Assembly (NCBI GenBank): GCA_973895155.1
Contig: OZ316899.1
Coordinates: forward strand, 1,387,573 to 1,451,572
Direction: 5' to 3'
DNA length: 64,000 nt
DNA from: Marsupella aquatica
Lineage: Eukaryota; Plantae; Marchantiophyta
The notes beneath the pieces are model-generated. The model saw only the letters and a list, made by a program, of their open reading frames with translations, had not been told where the DNA came from and made no database searches. Each line of letters opens with the position of its first letter. Position 1 is the first letter of the stretch. Positions 33,069 through 45,400 of this stretch are shown here, piece by piece. Position numbers and translations under genes: made by a program.

Positions 33069-34716
33069 TTATTTTCCTTGTAAAAGTGATGCCATACTTT
33101 GCAGTCCTATCCCGTATGCATGTTCGCGGTGTAGTGCTGGTGGGAGTGGTTTAGTGAACAAGTCCGCGCGGTTGTCTTTACTTGGAATCCATTGCACTTG
33201 GACCTGTTCGCCATGCTGTTCGTGAGTGAAAAAGAATTTGGGTGCTATGTGTTTGATTCTATCCCCTTTAATGAATCCCTGGACTATCTGCTCCACGCAG
33301 TGTCGGTTGTCTTCGTATATAGTTGTTGGTTTCTTTAGCTGCGCTCTGCCTGTGTGCAGGTGTATGTGGTTTATCAGGTTTCTCAGCCAGATGCTTTCCC
33401 TGGTGGCTTCGTAAGTGCTATTATCTCGGCGTGATTTGAGGAGGTCGCTGTGAGTGATTGTTTGCTACTTTTCCAAGAGATCGCAGTGCCACCTTGTAGG
33501 AAGACGTATCCTATTTGGGATTTTGCATCATCAGGGTCTGAGAGGTAGCCTGCGTCCGTGTAGCCGGTCAGCATGTTTTTTGAGTTCTTGGGGAAGAATA
33601 GCCCCATGTCCGTTGTGCCGCGCAGGTATTGGAATACCCTTTTTACTCCGTTCCAATGTCGGATTGTGGGGTTGGAGCTATGGCGAGCTAGTAGATTGAC
33701 GGCAAAAGCAATGTCGGGGCATGATTGTGTCGCCAGGTACATCAGGGCCCTGATGGCTGAGAGGTATGGCTTCTTGGGGCCAAGAACCTCCTCTATCTCT
33801 GCCCATTTTTTAAAGGTGTCCCTTGTGGGGTCTAAGGATCTCAGGTCCATGGGGGTGTTGACCGGGTGGGCGGATGCCATGTTGAATTTCCGTAGCGCCT
33901 TTTTGGTATAAGTTGATTGGTTGATCAGGATTCCCTGCTGCAAGTAGTTGAATTGTAATCCCAGGCAATAGCTAGGCTTCCTGATGTCCCTCATCTCGAA
34001 TGTCTTCTTCAGGATTTCGATTGTCTTTTGCATTATCGTTGCTGTGCCAAAGATGTTTATGTCATCTACGTAAATTGTGATGATGACAAATTCATCTGCC
34101 TCCTGTTTGAGTAACAAACAAGGGGCAATGTTGTCAGTATTGAAGTTCAGTGCGAGCATTTCAGCTTTGAATCGTTTGTACCAGGTGCGTCCGCTCTGTT
34201 TTAATCCGTACATTGAGCGTAGGACTTGGACTGCGAGTTCTCTTTTGACTCATTTTGGCTGTGTAGCAGCGATGTTCGGTTGGAGGAGCGTTTGTTTCCT
34301 AAGGTTGGATGTGTGAAGCAATCCTTTGGTGTCGGTACTGCAGGCCCAAGCTCGCTTGTCATTTTGTCCAAATCGCCTGTAGGGCCGGTTTGGGTTAGGC
34401 CCGGTTGTAGACCGTGGTCTGTGGTACCTTTCTTCTCCCCCTCAATGTGGAACCTTATTCTTTTGATCAGTTCCGGGGGTGCCTTCATGTATATTGTGGT
34501 ATCTAGGATACCATACAGGTAGGCTGTGATCACGTCTAGCGTGTACATGACGAGCTTGTGCAGGAGTGTAAATGCAATGAGGTACGGGTATGTTATGGAA
34601 TCCATCATCGGGGAGTATGTTTGGTCGAAGTCCCGGTCGGGAATTTGGGTGTAGCCCTTCGCTACCAAGCGAGCTTTGTATCTGATTACCTCTCCCTTTG
34701 CATTTCGTTTCCTCAA
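33069..34716 (-). pseudogene. Copia RT and RNase H (frameshifted)
   Basis: RYKARLVAKG, YGLKQSGRTWY, YVDD, YTDAGY, KHIAPKFFFTHE, ADLFTKPLP. Confidence 0.92.
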
Positions 34717-35320
34717 GAAAGTGAACTTATATCCCGTAAGGTGTGTCCCTGCGGGTGCAGGGATTACGGGTCCGAAGACGTTTCGTTTTATCAGGGAGTC
34801 TAATTCAGAGTTTATGGCCAGCTCCCATTGATGCCAGTCTGGTCGAGATTGGGCCTCTGCTATTGTAATGGGGTCAGGGGTTTCGTTGGTTATCTCCTCA
34901 GAGATATGGAACGCAAAGTGGTCATTGATTTGTGTTGTATTTCACTGCATCATCTGTCCGGTGTGTATGTAGCTGATCGTTATTTCCTCATTTGCTATAT
35001 CCCTTGGAGGGGGTGATCTTCATGCAGGGGTGGCCGTGGGTGCTGGTGATGCGCTGCGTGGTGGTTGCGGGTGCGTATCCTTGGAGCCTAGGGGTCGGCC
35101 CTATTTTGCCTTTGGTGCGGCTGCCGTTGCCTGTGGGGCTGTCCGTGAAATTCTTGCGGGTATATTTGTTGCCTCCGTGTGTGATTGTGTGACTGCAGCT
35201 GCGTCGTTGAAAGAGTCGGGTAAGTTTGTGAGCATCTGCTGTAAATGGAGGACCCTTAATTTGTACTCCCTGGTCTGCTTCTCTGGTCCGGTGGTCATCA
35301 ATGATTGGTTTCGTGGGCAG

Positions 35321-36868
35321 CTATTGTAGTTCTTGTGCTTTGACATGTCCGCTTCTAGCAGTGTCTTCGGTGAGAGTTGGGAATTCATCTTCAAAGAATT
35401 GGCAGTCTTGGAACCTTGCTTTAAATACGTCTGCTGTCGTAGGTTCCAAGTACCTGATGATAGAACGTGAGTCTAGTCCCACGTAGATGCCTCGTTGTCT
35501 CTGGGGTCCCATTTTGGTCCGTTTGGGGCCGAGTATTGGGACCAGGACCAGGCATCTGAATGTTCGGAGATGGGTGATGTCCGGTGGCATTCCGTATGCC
35601 AAGAAGTGAGGGGCCTGGGTGTTGAAGGAGGATGGCATTATTCTTAGGAGGGCGGCAGCGTGCAGGACAGCATGTCCCCATGCTGAGGCTGGTAAGTTGG
35701 ATTGCATTAGTAGTGGCCTGGCCACCATCTGTATGCGTTTTATCATCAGGTAAAATGCATTTGGCGATACCATTCTGGAAGTGGATGTGTGGGACCGGGT
35801 ATTCGATGTCTATCCCTGCGGTCTCATAGAAGTCGTCAAACATTTTTGATGTAAACTCCCCCGCATTGTCGACTTTGATGGTTTTGATTGGATTCTCTGG
35901 GAATTGGTGTTTGAGTTTCAGTATGTGAGATAAGATTCTGGTGAAGACCAGGTTCCGTGTGGAGAGCAAGAGACCTGTGACCATTTGGTGGAGGCGTCTA
36001 TGATGACCATGAAGTATCGGAATGGGCCGGATGGTGGTTCGATTGGCCCACAGACATCTGCTTGTATCCTCTCTAAAAATTGTGGGATCTTATGTATGGT
36101 TTTTGATGGTGCAGGCCGAGTCACCATCTTTCCCTGTGAACAAGTGATGCAGGGTTTGTTCGAGGCTGAGGGGTGAACTCCGTGGGGTATCCCCACCGTG
36201 GTCTTCAGTATGTTATGGTACATATTGGTGTCGGGGTGACCAAGGCGATTATGCCAGGTTTGAGTTAAGTTGAGGGTGGGTGGTTCTGTGTGGTAAGAGT
36301 GTATCATGGTGATGTATAAGCTAGGGGGGTAAATTGGTAAGATCTCTCATACTCCTCCCCCTGGTTTGGTGTTGTCTAGTATCTGCAACACTTCCCTGTT
36401 GTTGTGGGTGTCAGTGTGGATGTGTAGCTTATTTGCGCGGATATCGTTGAAGCTGATTAGGTTCCTTGTGGCCCTTGGTGCGTAGATTGCTGAGTCGATG
36501 TAGATTGTAGTCCCTTTTGGAAATCTGACTCTGGCCGGGCCGTAGCCTTCCTCTATGTGGTTAGGTCCTGTTATCGTTGTCATGGATTTGTTTGATGGTG
36601 TGATTCGGAGGAAATAATGTCTGTCTCGTAGTATCGAATGAGATGTTCTGCTATCCACAATGCAATTACTGTGGTCGTTCGGTGGTGTTGGTGTGGAGCC
36701 TAGTTGGGCGGTGTGGACCTCGGGTATTGCTGGGTCTAATTTGTAGCCCTCAATGTCGTCTAGGGCCTCCATGTAGTTGCCCTGTGCTCCGTTGGTGGGT
36801 TGTTCCTGGCTCTGCTTGTAGAGTGTGACCAGGTGTGCGGGTGCCCAACTCGGGGGGGTCACTTCCAT
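35321..36868 (-). pseudogene. Copia protease, GAG-pre-integrase and integrase (frameshifted)
   Basis: CIVDSRTSHSIL (PR), WHNRLGHP..CITCSQGK, QADVCGP, IKVDNAGEF, QNGIAK. Confidence 0.9.
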
Positions 36869-37092
36869 GGAAGTGGCATATCATGTGCGACAAAGTATAG
36901 GGCCATTTAAATGGTTTTGGCGGAAGACTTATTAAGTCTTCTATGGAAATATAGGGTTGTTTAATTGCAAAATGCATACGTGTCATCACATGATTGGTGT
37001 CGTACAACTTTCTAGAAAGTGACTTAGGGGGGTCATAAATGACCCAAACCATTGCACGTGATGTATGACCCTTCATATAGTGACCCCCCCGA
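36850..37092. mobile_element. MITE, Mutator-like (243 bp) in Copia gag
   Basis: Perfect 14-bp TIR TCGGGGGGGTCACT; 10-bp TSD GGTGCCCAAC/GGTGCCCGAC (one CpG-type mismatch). Removal restores DCRAPAHLVTLY. Confidence 0.85.
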
Positions 37093-37336
37093 GGTGCCCG
37101 ACAGTCTCTTTGTAGGTGTCCCTTTGTTTCGCACCTGAAACATTCAATGGGGTTATTTTCTTCTAGGTGCTAGTTGTAACATCCCCTGGCGCGACGCCCC
37201 CCTCGGGCTCTTCCTCTGAGTCTGCCTCCTTTTCCTCTGTATCCACCTCTTCTGTTAAAGTTTCCGAATGTTTGGTCTTCTCTATTGGGTTGGCCGTTAC
37301 CTCTGCCGCCTTGTTGGTATCTACCCCTACCGGGGT

Positions 37337-38010
37337 TTATGCCTCTTCTCCCCTGAAGTTTCCATTTCCTCTCCCTCTGGGCCTATCGTTCTGGCAATTA
37401 AAGTTGGCTTCTGGTCTTGGTGGTGGTGCAGCGGCCCCTGGTGGGCAAGATTTGGCATTCTCCAAGAGGAGTAGTTGGTGTTTTTTGGCGTGAAGCATAT
37501 ATGCGATCAGTTCGGAATATTTAGTGAAGCCCATATTCCTGTTTAGTGATGCCAGGAGTAAGTTTCTTGCATTGAACGTTGAAAGGGTGCGCTCTATCAT
37601 TTCATCGTCGTTGATGGGTGGCCGCAGACTGCCAGTTGTGAGGTGATCCGGAATAGTTCGCCATTGTAGCTCGCTATTGAGTTGTGGTCTTGGACTCTAA
37701 GATTGATCCAGTCATGGCGGGCCGCTGGCAGGGAGACAAGCCGCATGGGGTCAAACCGTAATCTCAGATCTTCCCAGAGTATTCTGGGATTATATTGGTT
37801 CGGATACTGGGTCTTGAGTGGCTCGGCCAAGTGATGTCGAATGAAGATTAACGCTCTTGCTTTCTGTTGCAGTGTGAGGCCTGCATCGATTAGGATTGCG
37901 TCCTGCAAGTCTTTGGATGCAAGATAGGCCTCAATGTCAAGTGACCATGTTAGATAATTTGCACCATCTATGGCTACTGCCTTAAATTGTAATTTCTTGA
38001 TCGTAGTCAT
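37337..38010 (-). pseudogene. gag: Copia gag (frameshifted)
   Basis: ORFs 37597..38010 and 37337..37600. Confidence 0.85.
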
Positions 38011-38432
38011 TGTTCAATCGAAGTATTGTGTCTTCGATAATCAGAAATGTCTCAATGAATGGAGATTGCTTAAGTTTTCCTTGGTGTATCTTGTTTGGAA
38101 TTGTGTAATCTTGGGGGATGGGATCGGGACTTCCCTGATATTGGTCCGTGTGCGGCCGTTCTTGGTGGTCCGTTTGCCTTGTGTCGACCTGCCTTGTGCC
38201 TGCTCCGATATTTCACAGGCCGTCCTTGCCAAATGTTGGGTAATTTTTGTGGAGAGGATCGTGTTCAGGGAGGAGAGATCGATGTGGGGGCAAAGCTATT
38301 GTTGGAATCCTTGAAAAAAAACTGAAATCCTTAGACGTTTTTGTCTTCCGTGGGCTGGTGTGGAGGTTTTCCCTTTTTTTAAAGCAAAATTTTGCTCGAG
38401 CTTATGTGTAAGGGAAAAAAACCGCTTAGATC

Positions 38433-38450
38433 TAGAGTCATGTTGATAAC
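38433..38450 (-). other. Copia PBS complementary to the 5' half of tRNA-Ile
   Basis: GTTATCAACATGACTCTA resembles the complement of the tRNA-Ile D-arm/anticodon arm (..TAGAGCGTCGTGCT-AAT-AAC); no 3'-CCA-type TGG PBS. Confidence 0.6.
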
Positions 38451-39207
38451 ATATTCAGGGACATAGGTCTCATGCGCCAACAAACTCACTACCTTCTATT
38501 CCATATGGGAGTATGGGGGCTCCCTATATAGTACATGGCGTGGTGGTTATGTAACCACCTCTTGTCCCTATTCACTAGGCCAGGTAAGTCTAGTTTATCG
38601 GGGTTAGGTTTATCACTTATAACAAGTGTGAGGATTTTGTAGAAGATATTTTGTTGTAAGGATTGAGTATGCAATGAAAAGAGTCTTTCCAATCTTCATT
38701 GTGATCATTAAGTGTGAGGAAATTTGAATCCTATGAGGGCAAGAGAAAAATCCATGTTAGGGTGCAATCTTGGTCTAAGCTTGAAGGGGATGTCCTGGTA
38801 CATAACCAAGGCCATGGAGGCAAGGTTAAGGTGGAGCACTACTTTGGGACTTAGAGAGGATTGTATCTTGAGGGTGGAAAGTACTTTGCCTTGTGTGAGA
38901 ACAAGAGGAAGAGTCCTTAGAGAGAAGAGTTATCTCTAAGAGCTCAAAGGGGATGTGTGGGCCCAAACCAAGGCCAAGGGGCAAGGTTAAAGGGTAACAC
39001 TACTTTGAGGGTCTAAGGGGGACTTAAGCTTGAAGAGGAAAGTACTTTGGGTTCTTGGATGTTTGTGTGAGAATCTACTTTAAGATGACAACTTGGAGCA
39101 GAGATCCCCCTTATTGATCCTTGGAGTAGAGGAGAGGGGAAGGGTGTGAGTGCAAAAGTAGTCAAGGGGACTACCTCTCTAGAAGTGGAGAGCTGGAACT
39201 ACTTATG

Positions 39208-42200
39208 TGTCAAACACTTGCCAAGGAGCTTAAGCGGCTTTTCTCCCCAAAAGACTACCTAATACCTGCTCCATGTCATACCAGGGTCACAAAGGATTGA
39301 CAAAACTTCTGAAGTGTGCTTACAATGTCCAATCACTCCATACATAAGTAGTTTCAACTCTCCACTTCTAGAGAGGTAGTCCCCTTGACTACTTTTGTAC
39401 TCACCCCTTCCCCTCTCCTCTACTCCAAGGATCAGCAAGGGGGATCTCCGCTCCAAGCTGTCACCTTAGAGTAGATTCTCACACAAACACCCAAGAACCC
39501 AAAGTACTTTCCTCTTCAAGCTTAAGTCTCCTCAAGACCCTCAAAGTAGTGTTACCCCTCAACCTTGCCCCCCTGGCCTTGGTTTGGGTCCACACATCCC
39601 CTTTGAGCCCTAGAGAAGGCTCCTCTATCTAAGGACTCTTCCTCTTGTTCTTACTTCTTGTTAACACCACACACCAAGCAAAGTACTTTCCACCCTCAAG
39701 CTATAATCCTCTCTAAGTCTCAAAGTAATGCTATACCTTAACCTTGCCTCCTTGGCCTTGGTTTTGTACTAGCACATCCCCTTCAAGCTTAGACCAAGAT
39801 TATACCATAGCATGGACTCTTCTCTTGCTCTCATATACTTCAAATGCACTCACACTTAATGGTCACAATGAAGATTGGTAAGTCTCCTTTTATTGCATCA
39901 CCTTTACAACAAAAGTTCACTACACATTCTCCACACTAAGCATGGACCACCTCTCCTTTCTCAAGCTTAGCCCTACCTTGGCAAGGTAGAGATTTCACTT
40001 AAGAGATGAGACTCCCGGTCCCTAACAAATGAAAACTTCCTCCTTATATACTATCTCCTTCCACATCACACCAAGCTTGACCTGGGGTCCAACTATACCT
40101 CCCCCAAGTCCTCCTAACACACAAAGTCCAACTCTATAGTTCATAGCCCACCCTACTACTTGCTATTTTGCCTCCTTCCAAGCCCTGGAATATGCCACAC
40201 ATGAGTGGTATGCTTTGACTTCCAAACCTACTCCCACTTATGGTCCTCCTCACCAGCTTACCAACCCACTTGAAAGCTCGCAAAAAGAGTGAGTGAGTCT
40301 CAAGTTGTGCCTAGTCAAAGTTGGCCTTATTTTACTTGTAACCCCTTTACTACCCTAAGTAAACTACCCCCTATATTTACTTTTCTTAACTTGATGGCCT
40401 TACACCTTTGGCCAAAGGTAAGTACCCTTCTCTAGAGCCTAACTCAAGTGGTATGGGTGCAAGAAAGGTCAGCCCCTAAATCTGGTATTCATTCCCCTAT
40501 GCCGACTTTGGTTTGCAAGTTGTCGGGACTCCCTCGTGGCCTTGGTTAAAAATATATTTGAGTGATTACTTTTCTGGGGTTCCACCTTCACCAGGGGGTG
40601 CCTTATCTTCCCCTAACTCAGCACAAAAAAATTTGGGCCCCAACGGATACCTCTAGCCAAAGTTATGCCCATTCTCCCAAGGCCTGTTTTTGGTGTAAAG
40701 CGGGTGTAAGCGGCGGCCCGATTACACTTACCTTACATGCCCCTTATGGGGATTCCACGTGTCATGAGGGGAGAGCACTCTCATTATACTCATGTTTCTT
40801 ATGAAGAATTTGTAAGGACAGCAATGTTTGCAGCCATTTCTCTCTCGTGAATTCAATCTAAAACCACAGCATTCTCTATTGGATTCTTTCTTGTGCAGCA
40901 GTCCAGCTGATCAGCCGCCAGCCCCTCAATTTCACAGCCACCATAGCTCACAGCCAGCCTAGTCAATTTCGCAGCTAGCCCACCTCTTCAATTTTGCCGC
41001 TAGCAACACAGTCAATTTCGCAGCTAGCAGCACAGTCACATCAGCGCATTTACAGCACAACAACAGCAGATTTGAAGCACAGCAGCAGCAACCATAGCTT
41101 GATTCCTTCTCAGTCAAGCAGGTCTCTCTTCTCAATTTCGTAGCTGCCCACCTTTGCAATTTCGCAGCTAGCAGCAGCATCATTCAATTCAGCAGCATCA
41201 AGGCAGCAGCCAGCCAATTCTCATGAGCATCTCGTGCCTGATTAGTAGGAGCACCTCTAATCTAGTGTGCAGCTGTCATAGCAGCAAGCAGCCTTCCCAA
41301 TTCAAAGCCAGCAGCGATCCTAATTTGCAGCCATAGCTCTTTTCCTTCTCAGCAGCCATAGCTTCTTCAATCAGCAACAGCCCTTGCTTCTTCAATCAGC
41401 AGCAGCCATTTCAATTCAGCCGCCCTTCCTTCAATTCAGCCGCCCTTGTGCTCAATTGATTCCTCAAGTAATCATGCAGCACCTTTGGACAGCCTCCCGG
41501 TGCTTGACGTCCTCACCAGCCTCGTGCTTGCTCCTCCTTGCCTCGTGCTCGCTCCTCCTTGCCTCGTGCTCGCCGCGTGATCGTCGCCCACGCGGTTTAC
41601 ACTTAGAAAAAAATACATTTTTTTTTTGGAAAAAACAGCATTTTGGGGCGATTTTGGACCCCCCTCCAAAACTCACACATAAGTCCAAAAGGACTTCTGA
41701 GTAGCTCCACTGATTCTATGGACATAGGACTATGTCCGGGTTTACTAAGATATAAACAAAACCCTATAACAACTTTTCTAAAATTAGGCAAAGAGGGTCA
41801 AGTCTTTATGTCTTCCAAAATTCTTCTCAACTTTGAGATGCTCCCAAAAAGTAACCAAGTGTGACAAAGTTGTCCCACAAGTTTCTAGGGATAGAGGGGA
41901 CCATACTTAACCCACTTCCAAACTTGGAACCCCTACATTTACCCATCAGCTATTTTTCCCGGGACCCGCTATTTGGTAACTTTGATTTTTGCCAAAATAC
42001 TTATAACTCCTAGGTTAAGACCCCACTTGACTTCATACTTTTTCAGGGTTCCCTAGGGACCTCCCAGCACCCATGGGAGAAATATCAGCCAAAAATAAGA
42101 TGTCCGGTGTCGGGTCATTTTTCGGTCCCGACTTAGTCGCCTATTATAACTAAGGACGGACTAGTTTCCTGCCCCTCCTATAGTAACTTGCTTACCCCTA

Positions 42201-42372
42201 GATAACTTTGCATAACTAAATTCCCTCTTACCTCTACTAAGCTTCCCTTCTTACTTAAGTGCCCTAAACCTAGCTACTCTGATAGCACTAAAACTTTTTC
42301 CCTAACTATTTCCTCTTCTAAACGAAAGAATGTCATGTTTCTCTACACTAGCTGACACTGAGCCATCCCACA
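39208..42372 (-). repeat. 3' LTR of B
   Basis: TGTCAAAC...CATCCCACA; contains a CAG/GCAGC-rich block (~40900-41460) and a 21-bp tandem (41519-41573). Confidence 0.97.
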
Positions 42373-42388
42373 TAGCCCCCTACTTAAG
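42373..42388 (-). other. Polypurine tract of B
   Basis: Minus strand CTTAAGTAGGGGGCTA abutting the LTR. Confidence 0.85.
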
Positions 42389-42412
42389 TGTGCAGCGTCC
42401 CCGCAAACACAC

Positions 42413-45400
42413 TTATTCCTGATTAAAGTACCTTTTCAACCTATCATGATGCACTCTAGTAGGGAACACCTCTCCTTCAAGAGTAGCAAGCTGAATTGAC
42501 CCATTAGCATAAACCTGGTGAACAACATAAGGACCCAACCACCGAGTATGCAACTTGCCTGGAAAATGAGCATACCTACTGTCATAGAGTAATACCAGTT
42601 GTCCAGCAAGTAAAGAAGTTGGCTTCTTCAACTTCTTGTCATGATGTTGCTTCACTTGAGCTTGCTTCTTCTTCACTTGCTTGCTTGCCTCTTCCCGGAT
42701 TTCCTCCAACTCCTCCAGCTGGTAAGCTCTCTCCATTAAACTCTGGTCAGCCTCCATTCTCTCCTCCACACTTACCCTCAAAGTAGGCACTTCAAACTCA
42801 ACAGGTACAAGGGAGTGTTGTCCAAATACTAGGTAGAAAGGACTATGGCCGGTTGTGGTCTTGAAAGCAAGGTTGTAGGAGTACACAGCTGAGTATAATT
42901 TGTCATCCCAATCAGTCTTGTGTGCCGCCACGGTTTTGTTCAAGATCTTGCCAATGATGCCATTAGCTCTCTCCGTTAATCCATTGGCCTTGGGGTGATA
43001 GGGGGTGGTCTTCCTATGCTTAATCAAGTAATGGTTAGTGAGCTCCTCCACAACTTCATTCAAGAAGTGAGTCCCCCTATCACTAACCAGCTCTAGAGGT
43101 GGCCCAAATCTGGTAAAAATCTGTTGATACATGAACCTTGCTACTGTGAGAGCATTATCCTTGCTGGTTGGTCTTGCCTCTACCCACTTAGTAGCATAAT
43201 CAGTTGCAAGAAGGATGTATCGATTCCTTCTAGACCTGGTCACAGGAGTGATGGGACCTATGAAATCTATACCCCACTTCTCAAAAGGTGCAAGAGGTAA
43301 GATGGTGGTAAGAGGGTGATGCCTTGAGTGAGCTGGCTTACCTGTCCTTTGGCAAGGGTCACATCCCCTCACAAAAAGACTTACATCCTTATGAAGTGTT
43401 GGCCACCAATACCCTGCATCAAGAATTTTCCTTGCTGTTGTTGCACTTGCATAATGGCCACCAGCCTCCTCCTCATGCATAGCTCTCATCACAATGGAGA
43501 TTTCCTTCTTCTCCAAACACCTCCTTAGTCTCCCATCAACTCCTTCCTTGTGAAGGACACCCTTCACCAATAAGTAAGGTCTGATTTTTCTCAGGAAAAC
43601 AGCAGCCTCCTCTTGGTTCAAATCTCTTGGTAGCCGGGTTGTGAGAAGAAATTGGATGATATCCAAATACCATGTATCTCCTCCACTTCCCACATGAAAG
43701 AGGTCTTCATCTGGAAACTGATCATCCACCTCCTTCAAGTCCTCTTCTCCTTCAATCCTTGAGAAGAAGTCTGCATTCCCATGCTTCTTACCAGGCCTGA
43801 CCCTCACCTCATAATCAAACTCTTGGAGCAACAAGATCCACCTTGCCACTCTACCAGTTACATCAGGTTTATTCACCATATACTTGAGAGCATTGTGATC
43901 AGTATGAAAGACCACCTTATAGCCCAACAAGTAGTGCCTAAACTTCTTACAAGAGTAGATGATTCCTAGAGCTTCTCTATCGGTTGGTGAGTAATTCTTT
44001 TCAGCTGGTGCCAATAGTCTACTTGCAAAGTAGATAGGGTGATCCCTATTCTGGTCATCAAGTTGACTAAGCACCACACCAATACAAAAGCCAGACACAT
44101 CCACATACACATGAAATTCTCTACTCCAATCTGGTGCTATCAAGATAGGGGCTTCAACCAACCTGTTCTTCAACTCCTGAAAACTTGCTAGCCTCTCAAC
44201 TGAGGGTTCAACCTCAGCCCCCTTCTTAAGCATGCTGGTTAGGGGTAAAGCTACTTTAGCAAAGTCCTTAATGAACCTTCTATAGTAGTTTAAACATCCC
44301 AAGAATCCCCTCAACTCTGTCACTGAAGTTGGAAACTTGACAGCCATCCAAACAGCAACCTTCTCTTGGTCCACTTCTATGCCCTTCTTGGATACCTTGT
44401 GGCCAAGTAGTATCCCTTCTTCCACACCAAAGAAGCACTTCCCTGGGTGAAGCTTCAAACCAACTTCCCTACATCTTTGGAAGGTCATCCTCAAATGTTC
44501 AACATGGTCCTTCCCCCTTCCAAAAACAGCAAAGTCATCTATGAATACTTCCAAGAACTTTCTCAAGTAGTCATGAAAGATATTCATCATCAACCTTTGG
44601 AACATACCAGGGGCATTACAAAGACCAAAAGGCATCCTCCGAAAGGCATAAATCCCCCACTCAGTAGTAAAGGCTGTCTTCAACTGGTCCTCCTTCCTTA
44701 TCCAAATCTGGTTGTAACCTGAGTACCCATCTAGGAAGCTATACACTTCCCAACCAGCTACTAAATCAAGTACCATATCAGTAAATGGAATGGGATAGTG
44801 GTCCTTCTTAGTGGCCTCATTGAGTTTCCTAAAGTCTTGGCAAACTCGGATCTTAGGCTTACCATCCAAGCCTGGTTTCTTTGGTACTATGACAATTGGA
44901 GAAACCCACTCACTATTCAACACAGGATAGATGAAACCTGCTTCCAGCAATTTGTCTATCTCTTCCTTCACCATCAAGGAGTACTTGGGATTCATCCGAT
45001 ATTGCCTTTGTCTCACAGGTGAAGCTCCTAGCATCAAGTCGATTCTATGCTCACCAAGTTCAGGGTTTACACCAGTAAGATCCAAGTGACTCCAAGCAAA
45101 CACATCCACATATTCACCTAGCAAATCTTGGATAGTTTTCTCTTCACCTGATCCCAGGGCATTTCCCAAGTTGAAGGTCTTGTCTTGCTGGACAGAGATG
45201 GTTCTGTACTGCTCAGCTCGAATCACCTCCATCTTGTTCCTCATTGTGGAGTCAAAAGTGCCCTCAAGTTGTGCCAACCTCATGCCTCCATAGACGGGTG
45301 CATTTTCAGCACTTAACTCCTCCTTCTCCTTGCTTGAATGCTGGTCTTCCTGAGTCTCATCCTCCTCTGAGTTTGCAGCCTTCAATTGGTCCTCTAGCTC

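Larger units (their letters stand above)
32299..38624 (-). mobile_element. Copia LTR retrotransposon, Bianca-like, decayed
   Basis: 173-bp LTRs (32299-32471, 38452-38624); TSD AGTGT; PPT AAGGGGGAG; order gag-PR-IN-RT-RH; RT IYVDDI. Gag FKAVAIDGANYLTW..ARALIFIRHHL resembles Bianca gag. Confidence 0.92.

Noticed and set aside
39259-41864. Short ORFs repeated identically at 48587-51192
   Set aside because: They are duplicated only because they lie in B's two LTRs; low-complexity, no domains.
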